Below, piece after piece: positions 48,921 to 62,299 of a stretch of 64,000 nucleotides of DNA (its first letter is position 1; each line of letters begins with the position of its first letter). The position numbers and the translations under genes are program-made. Location: contig CM022667.1 in assembly GCA_012295275.1 (NCBI GenBank), positions 8,432,001 to 8,496,000 on the forward strand, written 5' to 3'. This DNA comes from Chrysomallon squamiferum (Eukaryota; Animalia; Mollusca). Under the pieces are notes generated by a model. It ran no database searches and was not told where the DNA came from. It saw only the letters and a list, made by a program, of their open reading frames with translations.

Positions 48921-49149
48921 TATGAACCAGACGATCATACCTAACAACAAAAGAACACATTTAAAAATTATCCATTTTATTTTGTCTTTATTAGAGTGGC
49001 GGATCAGTTACTCTACATTTTGTGTTACCAGTAAAAATATTTAATATTCCTTGAAATATGTCATTTAAAATAATTTCAAAGTTAAATGAATTGGCGACAA
49101 TTCTTTGTGTCAAATATTAAGTATATGAGCAGCACCTTTATTATAAAAA

Positions 49150-49201
<52 letters not shown>

Positions 49202-50513
49202 GTAATCGTTCAACGAATATTTACATAAAGAAAAAAATATGGTCTGAACCTTTTCTCCATCAGTTTGTAAAAATATGTTTAATTATAATTTTCTATTTTT
49301 ATTACAACTATTAATTACTATTTATATATATATATTTTTTTTAAATTGAAATTTATGGAGAATATGTTGATCGGGATAAAATGTTTTCAGCAGATTTATT
49401 TCCAGTTCGAGATGGTGCCCATCGCAAAACTGTCAGATTTATCAAATGTTGAAGTTCGGGTTTTTGCTTTTCTTTTTTCCTGTTTCTGAGAAAGTGCAGA
49501 ACAAAAAAAATTCGTACCGCTAGCTGAAAAAGAGCACGACGCCATGTAAATTCAGACACAAAATGTTTGACGAGTGTTTTTAACTAAATCATTTCTTTCG
49601 TCCGTATGTCCGTTTTAACATCGATCAGCAAATAAAAACAACTGATCTTGAAAGCTTGCGTGTGTGTATGTGTGTGTGTGTGTGTGTTTACGTCCTTCAT
49701 AATACGCTTAGACAAATAAAACAATAAAATATCTTACACCCTTGGACATTAAGCAATGTACTTGCACACCAGTCTTTATTATTTTATTTCAACGGCATGC
49801 CGTTTTTGTTTACTGTTTTTTATAACCTGTGACAAAATGGTGGGGAGGTGCCAGACTCACGGAGGTACAGAGATAAAACACTATTGTACACCGAGTTCCC
49901 GAACTGTGCTCGTAAAACGTTCAATGATTTATATGCATGCACGCAGCTATTGACTTCGATAAATAACGTGGAAATAATCTTTCACTACCAGTGTCACCTG
50001 CTCCTGCACTTTTCTCCGGCTATAAAAAAAACCCCAACAGAACCGCAGCGCGTATTCGATCGAATGTGAAATACAAATAAAAGTGTCACAATAACTCAGG
50101 GATAGTAACACCGAAGAAAGGAACGACAATCGTTGCAAAGTCGAATGATTCGCGTTATTGTAGCAGTCTTTTGAGTAAACACGATTTAGCTGCGCCATAA
50201 ACAGATAATATTAACAAAAGAAAGAAAGCTAAAAAAATGAATAATATAAATAAAAATAAAAATAAAAATAGGAAAATAAAATGACTGTTTGTTGGTCTAA
50301 AGGTGTAATGTTGCTACCGTTCAGATCAGTTTTTTCGTGCTTTTCTTCGCCGAAGGACGTTAGAATGTTATTTTAAAGGTAAGCTGAAATAAGTATTAAA
50401 ATTATTCATTTATTGTTAAACTAAGAGATAATCGAAACATTTTTGAGTTTCTTAAAGAAAAGTTCAGTCATAACAACCATAATAATATTTTATATGTTTT
50501 ATTATCATTATTT

Positions 50514-50576
<63 letters not shown>

Positions 50577-51291
50577 GTATAGGATAATGGGAATCGTAAT
50601 TATTTATATTTTCATGTGTAGAGTAGGAGGAACTCTATGTATCTATGTTTGTTTGTTTGTGTTGATACACATACAGTTCGATCCACAGATAATACACAAT
50701 AAATGTAGCATTTATGTATTTATTTATTTATTGTTATTGCTATTATTATCATTATTATTGTTATTATTATTATTATTATTATTGTTATTATTATTATTAT
50801 TACTATTATTATTATTTTGTAAATTGGTTATTTAATTATTGTAAAGTATTCGTTTGTAATTTATCATATTAAAATAATATATATATATATATATATGATT
50901 TGTCTGTTAACTTTTAGAAAGAAAATATCAAGATTAATATCAACAAAAATTATGGAAAAGTGATTTTGTCACAAACTGAAACTTAAGACTATTGATATAA
51001 TTTCTGAAAACTTATTTTCTTCTGTCCAAAGCTTCATTATTATTTGCTAAAATTCTTAAAATTATTTAAGATCATTACATTTAATATGAAAATTGTTCAG
51101 TACATGTAATTATTAAACCACTAATTTCAAATATTTTTGACATATATGCCGTATTCGTTATCTTGATTTATAAAACATAATAAACACAAATAGTTTAAGA
51201 AGAATTTGTTCTTAAAACGTCTTATTCAAATTGCCCCTCCATACTTTCAAAATGGCACCTACAATTTTCATTGAAAAAAAAAAAAAAAATT

Positions 51292-51346
51292 TTTTTGCCT
51301 CAGATTAAATTTAATAGATACCATATAATTTAATCTGAGGCAAAAA
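51292..51346. repeat. Perfect 20-bp inverted repeat with 15-nt spacer (hairpin)
   Basis: TTTTTGCCTCAGATTAAATT (51292-51311) / AATTTAATCTGAGGCAAAAA (51327-51346). Confidence 0.9.
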
Positions 51347-52047
51347 TTTAAACAACACTCATTAATTTACCATCATTTCTGTATATTCCTTTACTGAGAC
51401 TGATTGACATTTTAACCTTAAATAACGTGAGAATTCGACAGTCAATTTTTCTATTAAAGAAAAACAAAGAAAAAATGCTAACATTGTCCTCTTTCTTTTT
51501 TTACCCGTGACATTTTTACCCTTCGCTTTTTATTTTATTTTTTTTTATTTTTTTTTTTTTACTTCTTTCATATTTGCGTTTGGCGTTTGTGTGTATGCGT
51601 GTGTGTGAGTTTACAATTTTCAAGCTTATATGTTTATAAATAGCATTTTAAAAATTTAATTTATATTTTAATATGTATCTTAAATTAACTAAATATTTCA
51701 TTGCAGCAATGGAGATAATACTTTATTACTTTTTTATTCTCTTATAAAATACAGATGTCGTGATCCCCTTGGTTAATTTAATCTATAAATATTTATTAAA
51801 CAGTTTCCCATTTCAGGGTTTGAATTTCAAGTATAATTGTCATATGTATTTAGAAACTATTATTATTATTATTATTATCACGTCTTTTTTATTCCCATTA
51901 AAATAAGAATAAAAATAATATTACCTCTAAATAAAATGAAATAAACATATATAAAAATGTATTTGTGAAGTATTAAACCTAGCTGTATTTAATTATTTTA
52001 TTCTTTGTGTAATTCGTCTCTCTCTTTCTCTCTCTCATTCTATCTTC

Positions 52048-52095
<48 letters not shown>

Positions 52096-52273
52096 ATGCT
52101 TGTCAGCGCGCGTATCTGCATTAGTGAATATATTTTTTTGTATATGTGTATGTGTTTTTTGAGTGAAAAATATGTTATTTTTTGTAATTACAGTCTAAGA
52201 TGTCAACCAAGAAGTGTCCGTCCGAAGTTACCAAAAAAGGTCACTGTTACAGTTTTTGTAATTACAGTCTAAG

Positions 52274-52331
52274 ATGTCAACCAAGAAGACCAAGACACCG
52301 AGCAGTTACCAAACAAAGGTCACTGCATACA
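52274..52331 (+). CDS. Candidate alternative first coding exon A of an unidentified gene
   Basis: TTACAG acceptor ending at 52267; ATG at 52274; MSTKKTKTPSSYQTKVTAY; GTAAGT donor; phase 1. Confidence 0.35.
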
Positions 52332-52788
52332 GTAAGTCATGAAATATAATTATTTATTCAATACTTTCCAAAATTTCATAAACCATGAGAGAGAGACAAT
52401 GTTTGACAGAGAGAGAGGTCATTAATTATGGAAAAACAACATAAACCATGTTAGGCAATGTTTGACAGGGTTCAGGTCTTTTTCTAAATATATATTATAC
52501 CCATTACACTGTTATAATACAACTTTATTACATCTGAACACCTTTTGTGAAAACAGAATTACTGTACTGTGAATATAAAATATCATATAAACAATCACTG
52601 AAAAAAGAAAAATTGATTATTAAAGAAGTATATCCCGGTTATACGATTATTGATAGCTATAGCGCTTATTTGTAAGAAAGGAAACTCATTTTTTATCTTC
52701 GTGCATATTAAATAATTAATATATAAAATACAAAAGTACTGCGCCCGAAATGACCTCAAGAAATTTCCAAAATAAAATGAAAATGGAC

Positions 52789-52825
52789 TCTCGCGAGATT
52801 CTGTTGCTAGGATGCAAGATGGCTA
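52789..52825 (+). promoter_or_regulatory. Core-promoter motif cluster
   Basis: Perfect TCTCGCGAGA palindrome (52789-52798), X-box-like GTTGCTAGGATGC, YY1-like CAAGATGGC. Confidence 0.55.
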
Positions 52826-52919
52826 CGCTATAAGAATGTTTACAGTCTATCATAGATAAAAGAACAAATAAAAAGTGAAGTAAAGATTTATTGCATATCA
52901 ACAATATACTGACATTACA

Positions 52920-52974
52920 ATGAGCAGCAAACTGAATCCAAAAGCGTCTAAAAAGGATCGCCCACGATCCACTG
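52920..52974 (+). CDS. Candidate alternative first coding exon B of an unidentified gene
   Basis: ACAATG context; MSSKLNPKASKKDRPRST; donor GTTAGT; phase 1; ~100 bp after the promoter motifs. Confidence 0.4.
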
Positions 52975-53803
52975 GTTAGTATGATTTTACTGTATATTCG
53001 CCCTGGTGCCCCACATTTACCAATCCTTTACCATATTTCATTGATAACCTATTTTCGTTGGTTTAGTTTTACGAAACGTGGATGTTTTTAAATGATCAGT
53101 CAAATATAATGAAACCTTAGCATTTTTTTCATAAATTGATCGAACACAAAATATATAATTTCTTCTAAATAAGAATCGAATTGAATAAGCAAATATTATT
53201 ATTCAATTAATATAATAAAATATTATTTTTGTTATGAAATACTATTTTATTTAAACGTCTTTACGTTTGATTTGTGTAACATAATTATTTTAATACACCA
53301 GTATTGTTATACAATATTAATATCAATGTCATTATAATTATTTTAATATACCAATACTGGTATATAATATTGACTAATACGTCATTAGTACTGTTCTGCT
53401 GACAGTGTATTAATTACATTGTTACAATCCTTGACACCGAAAAAGAACCCTTCTCTTTACACATTATAACACTGCATTACGTCATCTACACATTGTTATA
53501 AAATACACATTATTACATTGTATCTAATATCATATTTTAAGTATATTTTTTAATTTGTTACTATTCTAAATTATTACACTGATTGTATATTTCACTGAAC
53601 TGTCACATAATTGTATAGGTTATGATGTATACTATTGATTAGTGGAATAACTTTCCCATGACTGCACTTCTAAATCACTCTGTTATAAAACTTGTATAAT
53701 TACTATTACTATTACTCCTACTGCTGTTGCTGCCCTGTTGCTGTTGTTGTTGCTGCTGTTGCCACTACTATTTTTTTAATAATAATAATAATATTTATAA
53801 ATA

Positions 53804-53834
<31 letters not shown>

Positions 53835-56800
53835 ATTTTTATTATCAAAAACAATATTTTTAATTAATAAAACAAAATAACATTAATGAAATAAAATATA
53901 TCACACTATTTATTTACTCATTCATTCCTTCTTTCATTTATAATTAATATAGATTTAATTTTTATATAAACTATCATATATAACAAGTATTCTCCATAAT
54001 ATGAAAAATATAATCAAGAACAACCCATGTAGCAGTTTAGTTTCCTCATTTAACAGAAACACGAAAGTGACGGTTAATAAATTATATCTAAAGGTTAGTG
54101 AAATATTATTTCACTCATTTTATAAAAAGCCTCATCAACTTCATATTTTCTTTAACCATCTCAGTTTTACAGTTTTCACATTTCTGTTAGCATTCACAAA
54201 TTTTTTTTTTTAATTTGTTGATTGTAGGTCATCCTTTTGTGCATTTAAACAATTAAAATAGCATTTGTTACACAGTTTGTTAATTTTTTAGTTGTGGATG
54301 AAAATTTCTCTTTTCTAGAGTCTGAGGGTACAACAATTAAGTTTTGTCAGTAAATTCAGTTTTTAGTGTTTGATGTTATGGAAGTATTATCTTAATATGT
54401 ATTTGTTATTGAGCAAAAAAAGCAAGTAATAACAATTATAATAATGATGATGATGATAATGATAAATAAATAAATAAATAATAAATGAATAAAGTAAAAA
54501 AAATTAAAAAAAAAAAAAAAGCATTTTAATTAAAATCTTTTATTTAACAAATTAATCTTACCTCCAGACATTTTAAACTGTGTAATTTCACTAACTTATA
54601 TAAAATAACTTACCACAGTTAATAATTTTACCTTGTTTTACAATCCCTAATAATGTATACAAAATAAATAAATAAATAAAATGTACTATGTATTATTTCA
54701 AACAGTAAGCAAGACTTTAAAAAAAGTAATAATAATTTTCTGTTGCAACATATACTCACAGTAAAGTTCACATCCTTGAACAGTCTGGTTCTTTTCTAGC
54801 CTGTGAAATATCTGAGTTATTGTATCAGCCTGGTGTGCAGTATCTCAGTATCATAACCTTTATGTGCCAATAAAAGATTACTGTTTCTTGATCATGTCCT
54901 GAAATATGTGATTAACGTCCAATCCTCTATGTCTCTAAACATCAATGAAAATTAACTGTTTTTGAAAAACCATTAATCCTTTCTGATTGTTAATCTTAAA
55001 TCACTTTGTGACAGCCACAAAATCTTAATGAACTTACTTATGGCAATCTGCATGTGTACGTTTTACACCTGTTGATGAAAATGTAATTAGATTTTGCTTT
55101 GATGTTGATTTGCCCCCTGTCTCAGAGACAGGTGTTATCTGAAATGTAAATAATTGTCTGATACAATCAGTTGTTGACACAAACATGTCTGTTCTGACCA
55201 ACTCGTTGTAAATTGATTTAGAAGTAAGTGAGAAATTTACAGAATTAATTCTATTGTACATATAGCACTGTTTTCAACTGAAATATCAAAAATTCCCTCA
55301 CAGACTGGGAGATGTACTACAACTCAGTCTTTTTTGGTTTTTGCTTCAGACTCGTATTTTCACTGTATGAGATTAACAAATGAATAAAATTATTAGTTTA
55401 TTATCATACTTTATTATTAGAAAAGGTTGTTGTTTTTTCAGGCATCATCTGATGATGTACACATGCACATACATACACAAATACATATAAGTCACACACA
55501 TTTACATAAATATGCACACAGACACAATATATGGAAGGATAAAACACAAGTTTGATATCAGTGCTACTTAAAATGCTTATTGCTATGGTTACTGGCACAG
55601 GAACTATACCAGTGTGCATTGCATGACAGCCATTTTGTTTGGTTAGTCCTAAATGACTAAATAAAATAAAAAATTATATTAATGTATGTTTTAATTTGTG
55701 AAATTCCTTCTACCAAAGAAATAAATCAAATTTATATTTAGACAATTAATAAAACTCAGTCAGTGATTAAGTTTATTAGCTAATATTAAAAATATAAATG
55801 TTTTTTAAAACACGAATGTTATTTAATATAATAATATAGCAGATTTATGCTTAGCGGACTGAAAAAACAAAGCATTTGATGTGGTGTGAAAAAAATATTT
55901 TTGTCAATTTGTAGTATCCAAATGATTGGAAAAGCTAATTTATCAGTTTTCTGTGATACTGTGCAGGTCTAACATTAACATGTTATAAATGTGTGATGAA
56001 AACAATTATCTTCGGCATTCAAGAATGACATAACGAAAAGTGTATAAAATATGCAAATAAATTTCTAAATTCGATCTTATGCAATTATAGATAATAGTTT
56101 TTATTAAATATTCATATCAGTTTTCCTGCTAATAAAATTTTTCTATTTATTTTGTTCCTTATTCTTTCCCCAACTGACAACAATCATGCAAATATATTTA
56201 TTGATGGGGTTTTTTTTTCTAGAGCTGACATTTGTCGTTTTTTTTTGTCTTTTCAATTACAATTTTCTCTTGCATGTGTTTCATTCTGTTTGATTGGTGC
56301 TGTGGGCTGTGGAGTCATTTGTCATGGAAATGAGGAATAATTCAAGAAAGTGGCTAAACAGAAAGAATTTTCTGATTGGTTTCACTTCATCATGGCAGTC
56401 GATTACCTGCACATTGATTCTAATTATGCAACACACCTGTTCTTAAGTGTTTCCTTTCTCAAACAAACCCAGTCTTTAGTTTACTGAGTGAAAAAAACTG
56501 CTTTGTTTGTCTCAGTGGAAGTAAAACGAGAATCAAGGTAACAAACACTCGAATGTTTCGCACGTATTGACTTTGTTGTATCTCTGCCTCTCGTCAGGTA
56601 ATAAACAGATTTGTTCAAACACGTTGCATAATTTTTTGAGTGTACTTCTGAATCTTTAGCACTGCCACTAGAGTCTGCGTCATGTGAGTATAAATATAAT
56701 AAACAGCACCGTCCTTTCATCAGCAGGAATATTTTGTTAAATGAGATGTGGAGTTCCTGACAGAGTATTTTTGTCACTTTCTGAAATGTAACACATTTCT

Positions 56801-57161
56801 GCTCTTCACATCAAAGAATTAATGAAGTTTAACATTTTTTTTGTGTACTGATGTAAGAAATGTTTCACTGGAATGAAGTTTCTTCTGAAGGAACAATAGA
56901 TCTGAGTTTTCTTAATATTGCAGAAATATAAATCATGGATTTTTGATTTTTGCAAACCTTCATTCTTGGAAAAGTGGTGTTATTAACGAGTTATATATAA
57001 TTCTTGGGTTCAGATATATACATGCCATATTAATGAAAACTAACATCTTTTTTTGGCAACAGGATGTGAAAATAATTTTCAAAGCATAACAAATTTTGAT
57101 GTTTATTACAAACCAAACATTTTTCAAGCATTGTGGAGGTTTCAATATTGTAGTTTTGGTA

Positions 57162-57278
57162 TTTGTCCGAACACAAAATTTTAAAAACTTCTATTTGCTA
57201 AAGAATTTCAAGTAGTACAGTTTGTCCAAACACAAAATATTAAAAACTTCTTTTTACAAGAATTTCAAGTAGTACAGC
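57162..57278. repeat. ~59-bp tandem duplication
   Basis: TTTGTCC(G/A)AACACAAAAT..TAAAAACTTCT...AAGAATTTCAAGTAGTACAG occurs twice. Confidence 0.75.
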
Positions 57279-59156
57279 TTTTTCTGAATACAAGTATTAT
57301 ATGTTTTCATTTTGGTTTCAAACTTCTTCAGAGATTTTGACTCTTTTATATATCGTATAATCATGTTTCTATAAAGCCCAGCATTTTGGGGGGGTTTTCT
57401 TTAAGTAATCACTGTGCCTAATTTGCTTTTAATTGATTTGAACTGAAAGGATAAGAGATTCCGAGTTTTGTAAACACAGTAGAACTGCCAGCACTGTTTC
57501 GCTGTGTTTATACAAACCTAACACATTTTGTTGCTCAACAACTCATCAATGAGTAAATGTGTGTTTGTGTGTTCACTGGCAGTGGACTTTTGTTCAAAGG
57601 GTGAGAGATTTTGTAAATATTGAGGGTGTGCCAGCAATCTGTGGGCCTGGTGAACTCTAACTCCTGTGGTGTGATAATACTTGGCATCTAGTAATTCACA
57701 CACTGTGCTGCCAAACTGAGTGTTTATTGCACACTCCACAAGAAACAACTGAGGTGAAATGACTGGTTTCCAGTGGTTTGCTTGTTACAGTTATTAGATT
57801 TGACTGGTGTTTTTAATGTTGTTTCATTTTAGAATTACTTTATATAACTGATTATATATTATTTATTGTTCAATGTTGGGTAAAAGCTACTTCATAATTT
57901 AAATATAATTTGATTTATTTTCATGCTGATAAAAAGCTGATTCATGATTTTAAACATTAATCTGATTGTTTTCCATATTGTTTTACCTTATTTAAAATTC
58001 ATAAATTAATAGAATTTTGTATTACTACTTCAAAGTAAAATAGAATATTTAATTAAAATATTATCTACAGAAGTTGTATTGCTGCTATTACACAAAAGCA
58101 TTAATATACAAGATTATAAAGTTTTTAAAAAAAGTAGTCTTTGTGAGGTATATCACCCATGTACTTAGTGAACTTTTTTCATTTTATCACAACACAGGTG
58201 TGTTATTATCATTAGTTTTTATTCTCTTGTCCAATTTGTTTGCTGAAAAAAAAATGATCTAACTCTGGAGTTTGAATGGCAGGTATTGTGACAAACCGAC
58301 TAATCTAAAATTGCATATTCACAATTCAGATCACTCTCATCATATGCAATCAGCTCAACAGATTTATTTTCATTTTCTGCTTTCTGCCACTTCACAATAT
58401 CCCAGTTGGAAAATCTTGTATGGTACAATTAGTCATCTTCATAAAGTGAATTCACTCCCAGCCAGAGGCTATAGAACACAGTGATCAGAAAGTTGTTTGA
58501 GTCTCTGTTTGTGCGGTGGTGAAAGGATATGTCAGTTGGTGTGAGCAGGGGTACAATACGAGATTGTATCTCATGTTTTTGTTTGCGGCCTTTGGGGAGA
58601 GGTCCTGAGAGTTAGCATTATTTGACTGAGGGAATCGCATAATGATAAACTCTCTGTGTTGTCAGAGAGTTCAGAAAAGAGAACAAAATGAGTTCCTTTC
58701 AGAGATAAACAGTTCAGTGCTGCACTCTTGTAACCATGGAACTTCCTGCTAGAAATGATAAATGATATTTCGTTATAATGATGTTTACTGTTTGCCCTGA
58801 TGCAGGCAGAATGTGATTATAGTGAGCCCTGCGTATGGGGTATATTATAATTATCTCTTACATAAGCTGGTAATGAGATTCCTGTTGGATACAATTAGTT
58901 AATTTTCTCATTACATATACAAAGGATATATAATCCCAGTGATATACGTGAAATATGTCCCGTTTGCTTTCTGCATTAAGAATCATTCTCAAATTGCTTC
59001 AGTTATCTGCAGACCATGGTCACGAAGTTACATTTGACTTTTTATATCACAAATACTCTTACCAGGCAGTAAGTGTGAACTGATCTGGAAGTAATGTGAG
59101 TTTCTTCGCTTTCTCATTTTCATCTTAACACATAGAATATTCATTCATTCTTGATA

Positions 59157-59400
59157 ATGGAATCAAAACCTCAAACACAGAAAACCAAGGAAGAAGATGC
59201 AGCAGAGAGGCAGACAAAACGTACAAAGACTCTGAAGAAATCTGCTGCTGCTTCTGCGAGACTGGGAAACAGGTCAGTGGAATCAAAACATGAGACGTTG
59301 ACGTCGAGGTCGGGTGATTCCTCCGGCCGATGTCGACCCAGTGCTCGACCCAAAGTCATGTCCAGGTTGAAGAAGTCAGTGAGAATTATTTCAATGATAC
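59157..59400 (+). CDS. Candidate coding exon C of an unidentified gene (basic, low-complexity N-terminus)
   Basis: GC-richer open frame MESKPQTQKTKEEDAAERQ...KVMSRLKKSVRIISMI; donor GTACGT at 59401; phase 1. Confidence 0.55.
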
Positions 59401-61568
59401 GTACGTACCACATTTGTCAGTCTGTCAGTCCGAATGTGACAGTTGTTTTTTTTATTTTGTAATGTTTTTGTAATGTTTTTTGTGGGGTTATTAACCTGAT
59501 TTTTTCACAATAGAAATTAATATTGGTCAGAAATTAATCAGTTAGATGATTTTTAATTTTTTAAATTTATTTATTTGTTTTAATTTATTATTATTTATTA
59601 TTTATTATTTATTATTATTATTTAATATTATTATTATAATTTATTTTACACACACACACTATACACTATACATTTTGTGAGGGGGGTTTATGTTTGGTGG
59701 GAGTGATGTGTAATTAAAATACTAGATAACTTTGTACAAATTAAATTAGTATCTAATCCATCCTATTTAAAATAATTTACTGTTTGTTGTTTATTTATTA
59801 TTATTATTATTATTATTATATGTTATTTTATTTATTTATTTTTATCTCTTTAAACATGCACATAGTCAATTATCTAAGATCAAAAAAGTTAAAAAAAACA
59901 ACTTTTATTTATTTATTGTGTTATTTTGGGTGGAGTATAGATGTTCACTGGTATAAATTAGTACAGACATATTTTAGAGAATGTCTTTCTTACTAATAAA
60001 CCCAGTGAAGTTTTATTTTTGTAGTCTGATTTGGGGAGTTTGGATAGAAGGTAGCCAGATTTTATTTGTATTTCCAAATATTAATAGTTTCTTTTCTAAA
60101 CTGTTTAATCTGTGTTGTTCACAATATTTAAAACGTTTATTTATTTGTTTATTTATTTATTTGTTTGTTTATTTGTTTGTTTGTTTGTTTGTTATGTAAT
60201 GCTGGATGGTGATACAAAAGATAAAAATGTTATAAGACTAGGTTTTTGTCAGATAACAGTGTTAGAGATATTTGCTCTCTGATTAGTATCTTTTATTTAA
60301 TTTTTGATTCTATTCAAATTTGCTGTTCTAACCAAATACCTGAACTAAATTTTGTTCCCATAATGACACAAAAATGTGATTGTTTTGATACAGCAACAGG
60401 ACAAGCACCAAAACAAATAAAGAAAGAAAGAAATGATGATGATAAATAAAACATTAATAACACAGAAAAACTTAATAAACGGAGAAAGAAAGAAATAATT
60501 TAAATAATAGTAATGATGATATCTATACCTTTATTATTATTATTATCATCATCATCATCATCATCATATGTGTGTAATTATTATTTAATATCAAGTTAAT
60601 ATATGAATCAAAACATTAACAGCATTTAATAATGACCAGTGATATATGAATAATACTCATTAAATATAATACACTTATAATATTTTATAATTCTTAGCAT
60701 AATTATGAGTCCGTATTTTACGATATAATTATATTGAAGCAGGAACAAATAAACAACATAAACTGAGTTTGAAAAACAGTTTGAACACGATTAGCAAAAC
60801 GTCAAGTAAGACTGAGTAACCCTAATGTAATTCTTGTAATTATTCTGAGTTTAAACAAATTTCAAGAAAACATTGAAATGTGTTAAGGAATGAACATCAT
60901 GAGCTCTGTATTTAGTATGTTTTATGTGTTCTGAATTGTAATTAAACACACGCACAAACAACATATATGAATACAAAAATTAATAATGCCATTACCTCAG
61001 CAACAACAACAACAATAAATACTACCATAATCATTGTCACTACTACTAAAATAATAATAATAATAATAATAATAATACCATTACCTCAACAACAACTACA
61101 AATACTACTACTAGTATAGTTAATAACAGTTACAATAATAATAATATCACAAAAACTACTACAGTTAATAATAATAATAACAAGTAACAAAGAAATTATA
61201 ACAGAGAATAAAAAAATTAAAAAAATTATAGGTAAAACTATCTGCTTTTGGCTTTCTTTCATGAAAACATTTAATTTATACTGATCTAATTTTTTTTTTT
61301 TTTTTTTTAATTTAAAGAAAAAATCAACAGAAACTTGCAACATTAATTATCTTGATGTGTTGTAGCTATCACTTTCTCCTATCCCAGACTGTATACAATT
61401 AACTTGCACTCTCAAGCTCTGCCAGCTTTTGGAGTTGTCTTTTCTTTCTTTTTTTTAAACAAATGTGACAGAGGTTAATTGAAAATACAAAGCATTTAAA
61501 AGTTGTACTTACCAGCCTTTCTACATTAGCCAGTCATTGTTTTGTTTTTTTCTTCTCTCTATCAGTTT

Positions 61569-61604
<36 letters not shown>

Positions 61605-61830
61605 TTCCAATGATATACTTCTGGTGTAAAAAGAAAGGAAGTCTGTTGAAAGAACTTAGAAAGATTTAAATCTGAGATTTACTGAGTGTCATTGTGCAGT
61701 GTTTCTTCTTTTTCGAGTGTGAAATAATGAAAGGGAAAATATTCTCAGTACCGTAGCTAACAGCAGACAGATTTTTAAATGATTCTTTCTACAGACAGCA
61801 CAGCACTTACCATGCACTTTGATACACTAT

Positions 61831-62084
61831 CTGTGGTGTGCAGTGGCCCCGGGTATCCAAATGTGGGGGGAGAGGCATCTAATCAGAGGAAAGAACTTAA
61901 CAGAACTTGGTTGATTTATATTTAAATCGAATAAAGTGTTTATTTTATGTTTCATCTGTGTTTACATATTCAAAATATCTTCCTTTCTCATAACATTTCT
62001 CAGTAGTAGGCCTTGTATTTGAGTCTTAGGGGCATACAATCAAGGAGTTGGCCCTGGGCATCACCAGTCCTCTGCACACCACTG
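61831..62084. mobile_element. Non-autonomous hAT-type MITE (254 bp)
   Basis: TIRs CTGTGGTGTGCAG / CTGCACACCACTG (12/13). Flanking 8-bp target duplication TACACTAT / TAGACTAT (7/8), the TSD length typical of hAT. Confidence 0.7.
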
Positions 62085-62299
62085 TAGACTATTGTAAACA
62101 AATGGCCTTAATTAGAAAAGGTGGCCAGACATAATGATGCAGTGTATGAACAGAATGGGATGGGTCAGTCATAATAACTCAATGAATGAAGTGAGCAGGA
62201 TGGACCACTCATATCAGTTCAGTGTATGAACTCAGTAGCATTATCCACTTGTAATAGCTGAATGGTTAAAATGAGTAGTGAATTTATAGACCATGTGAC

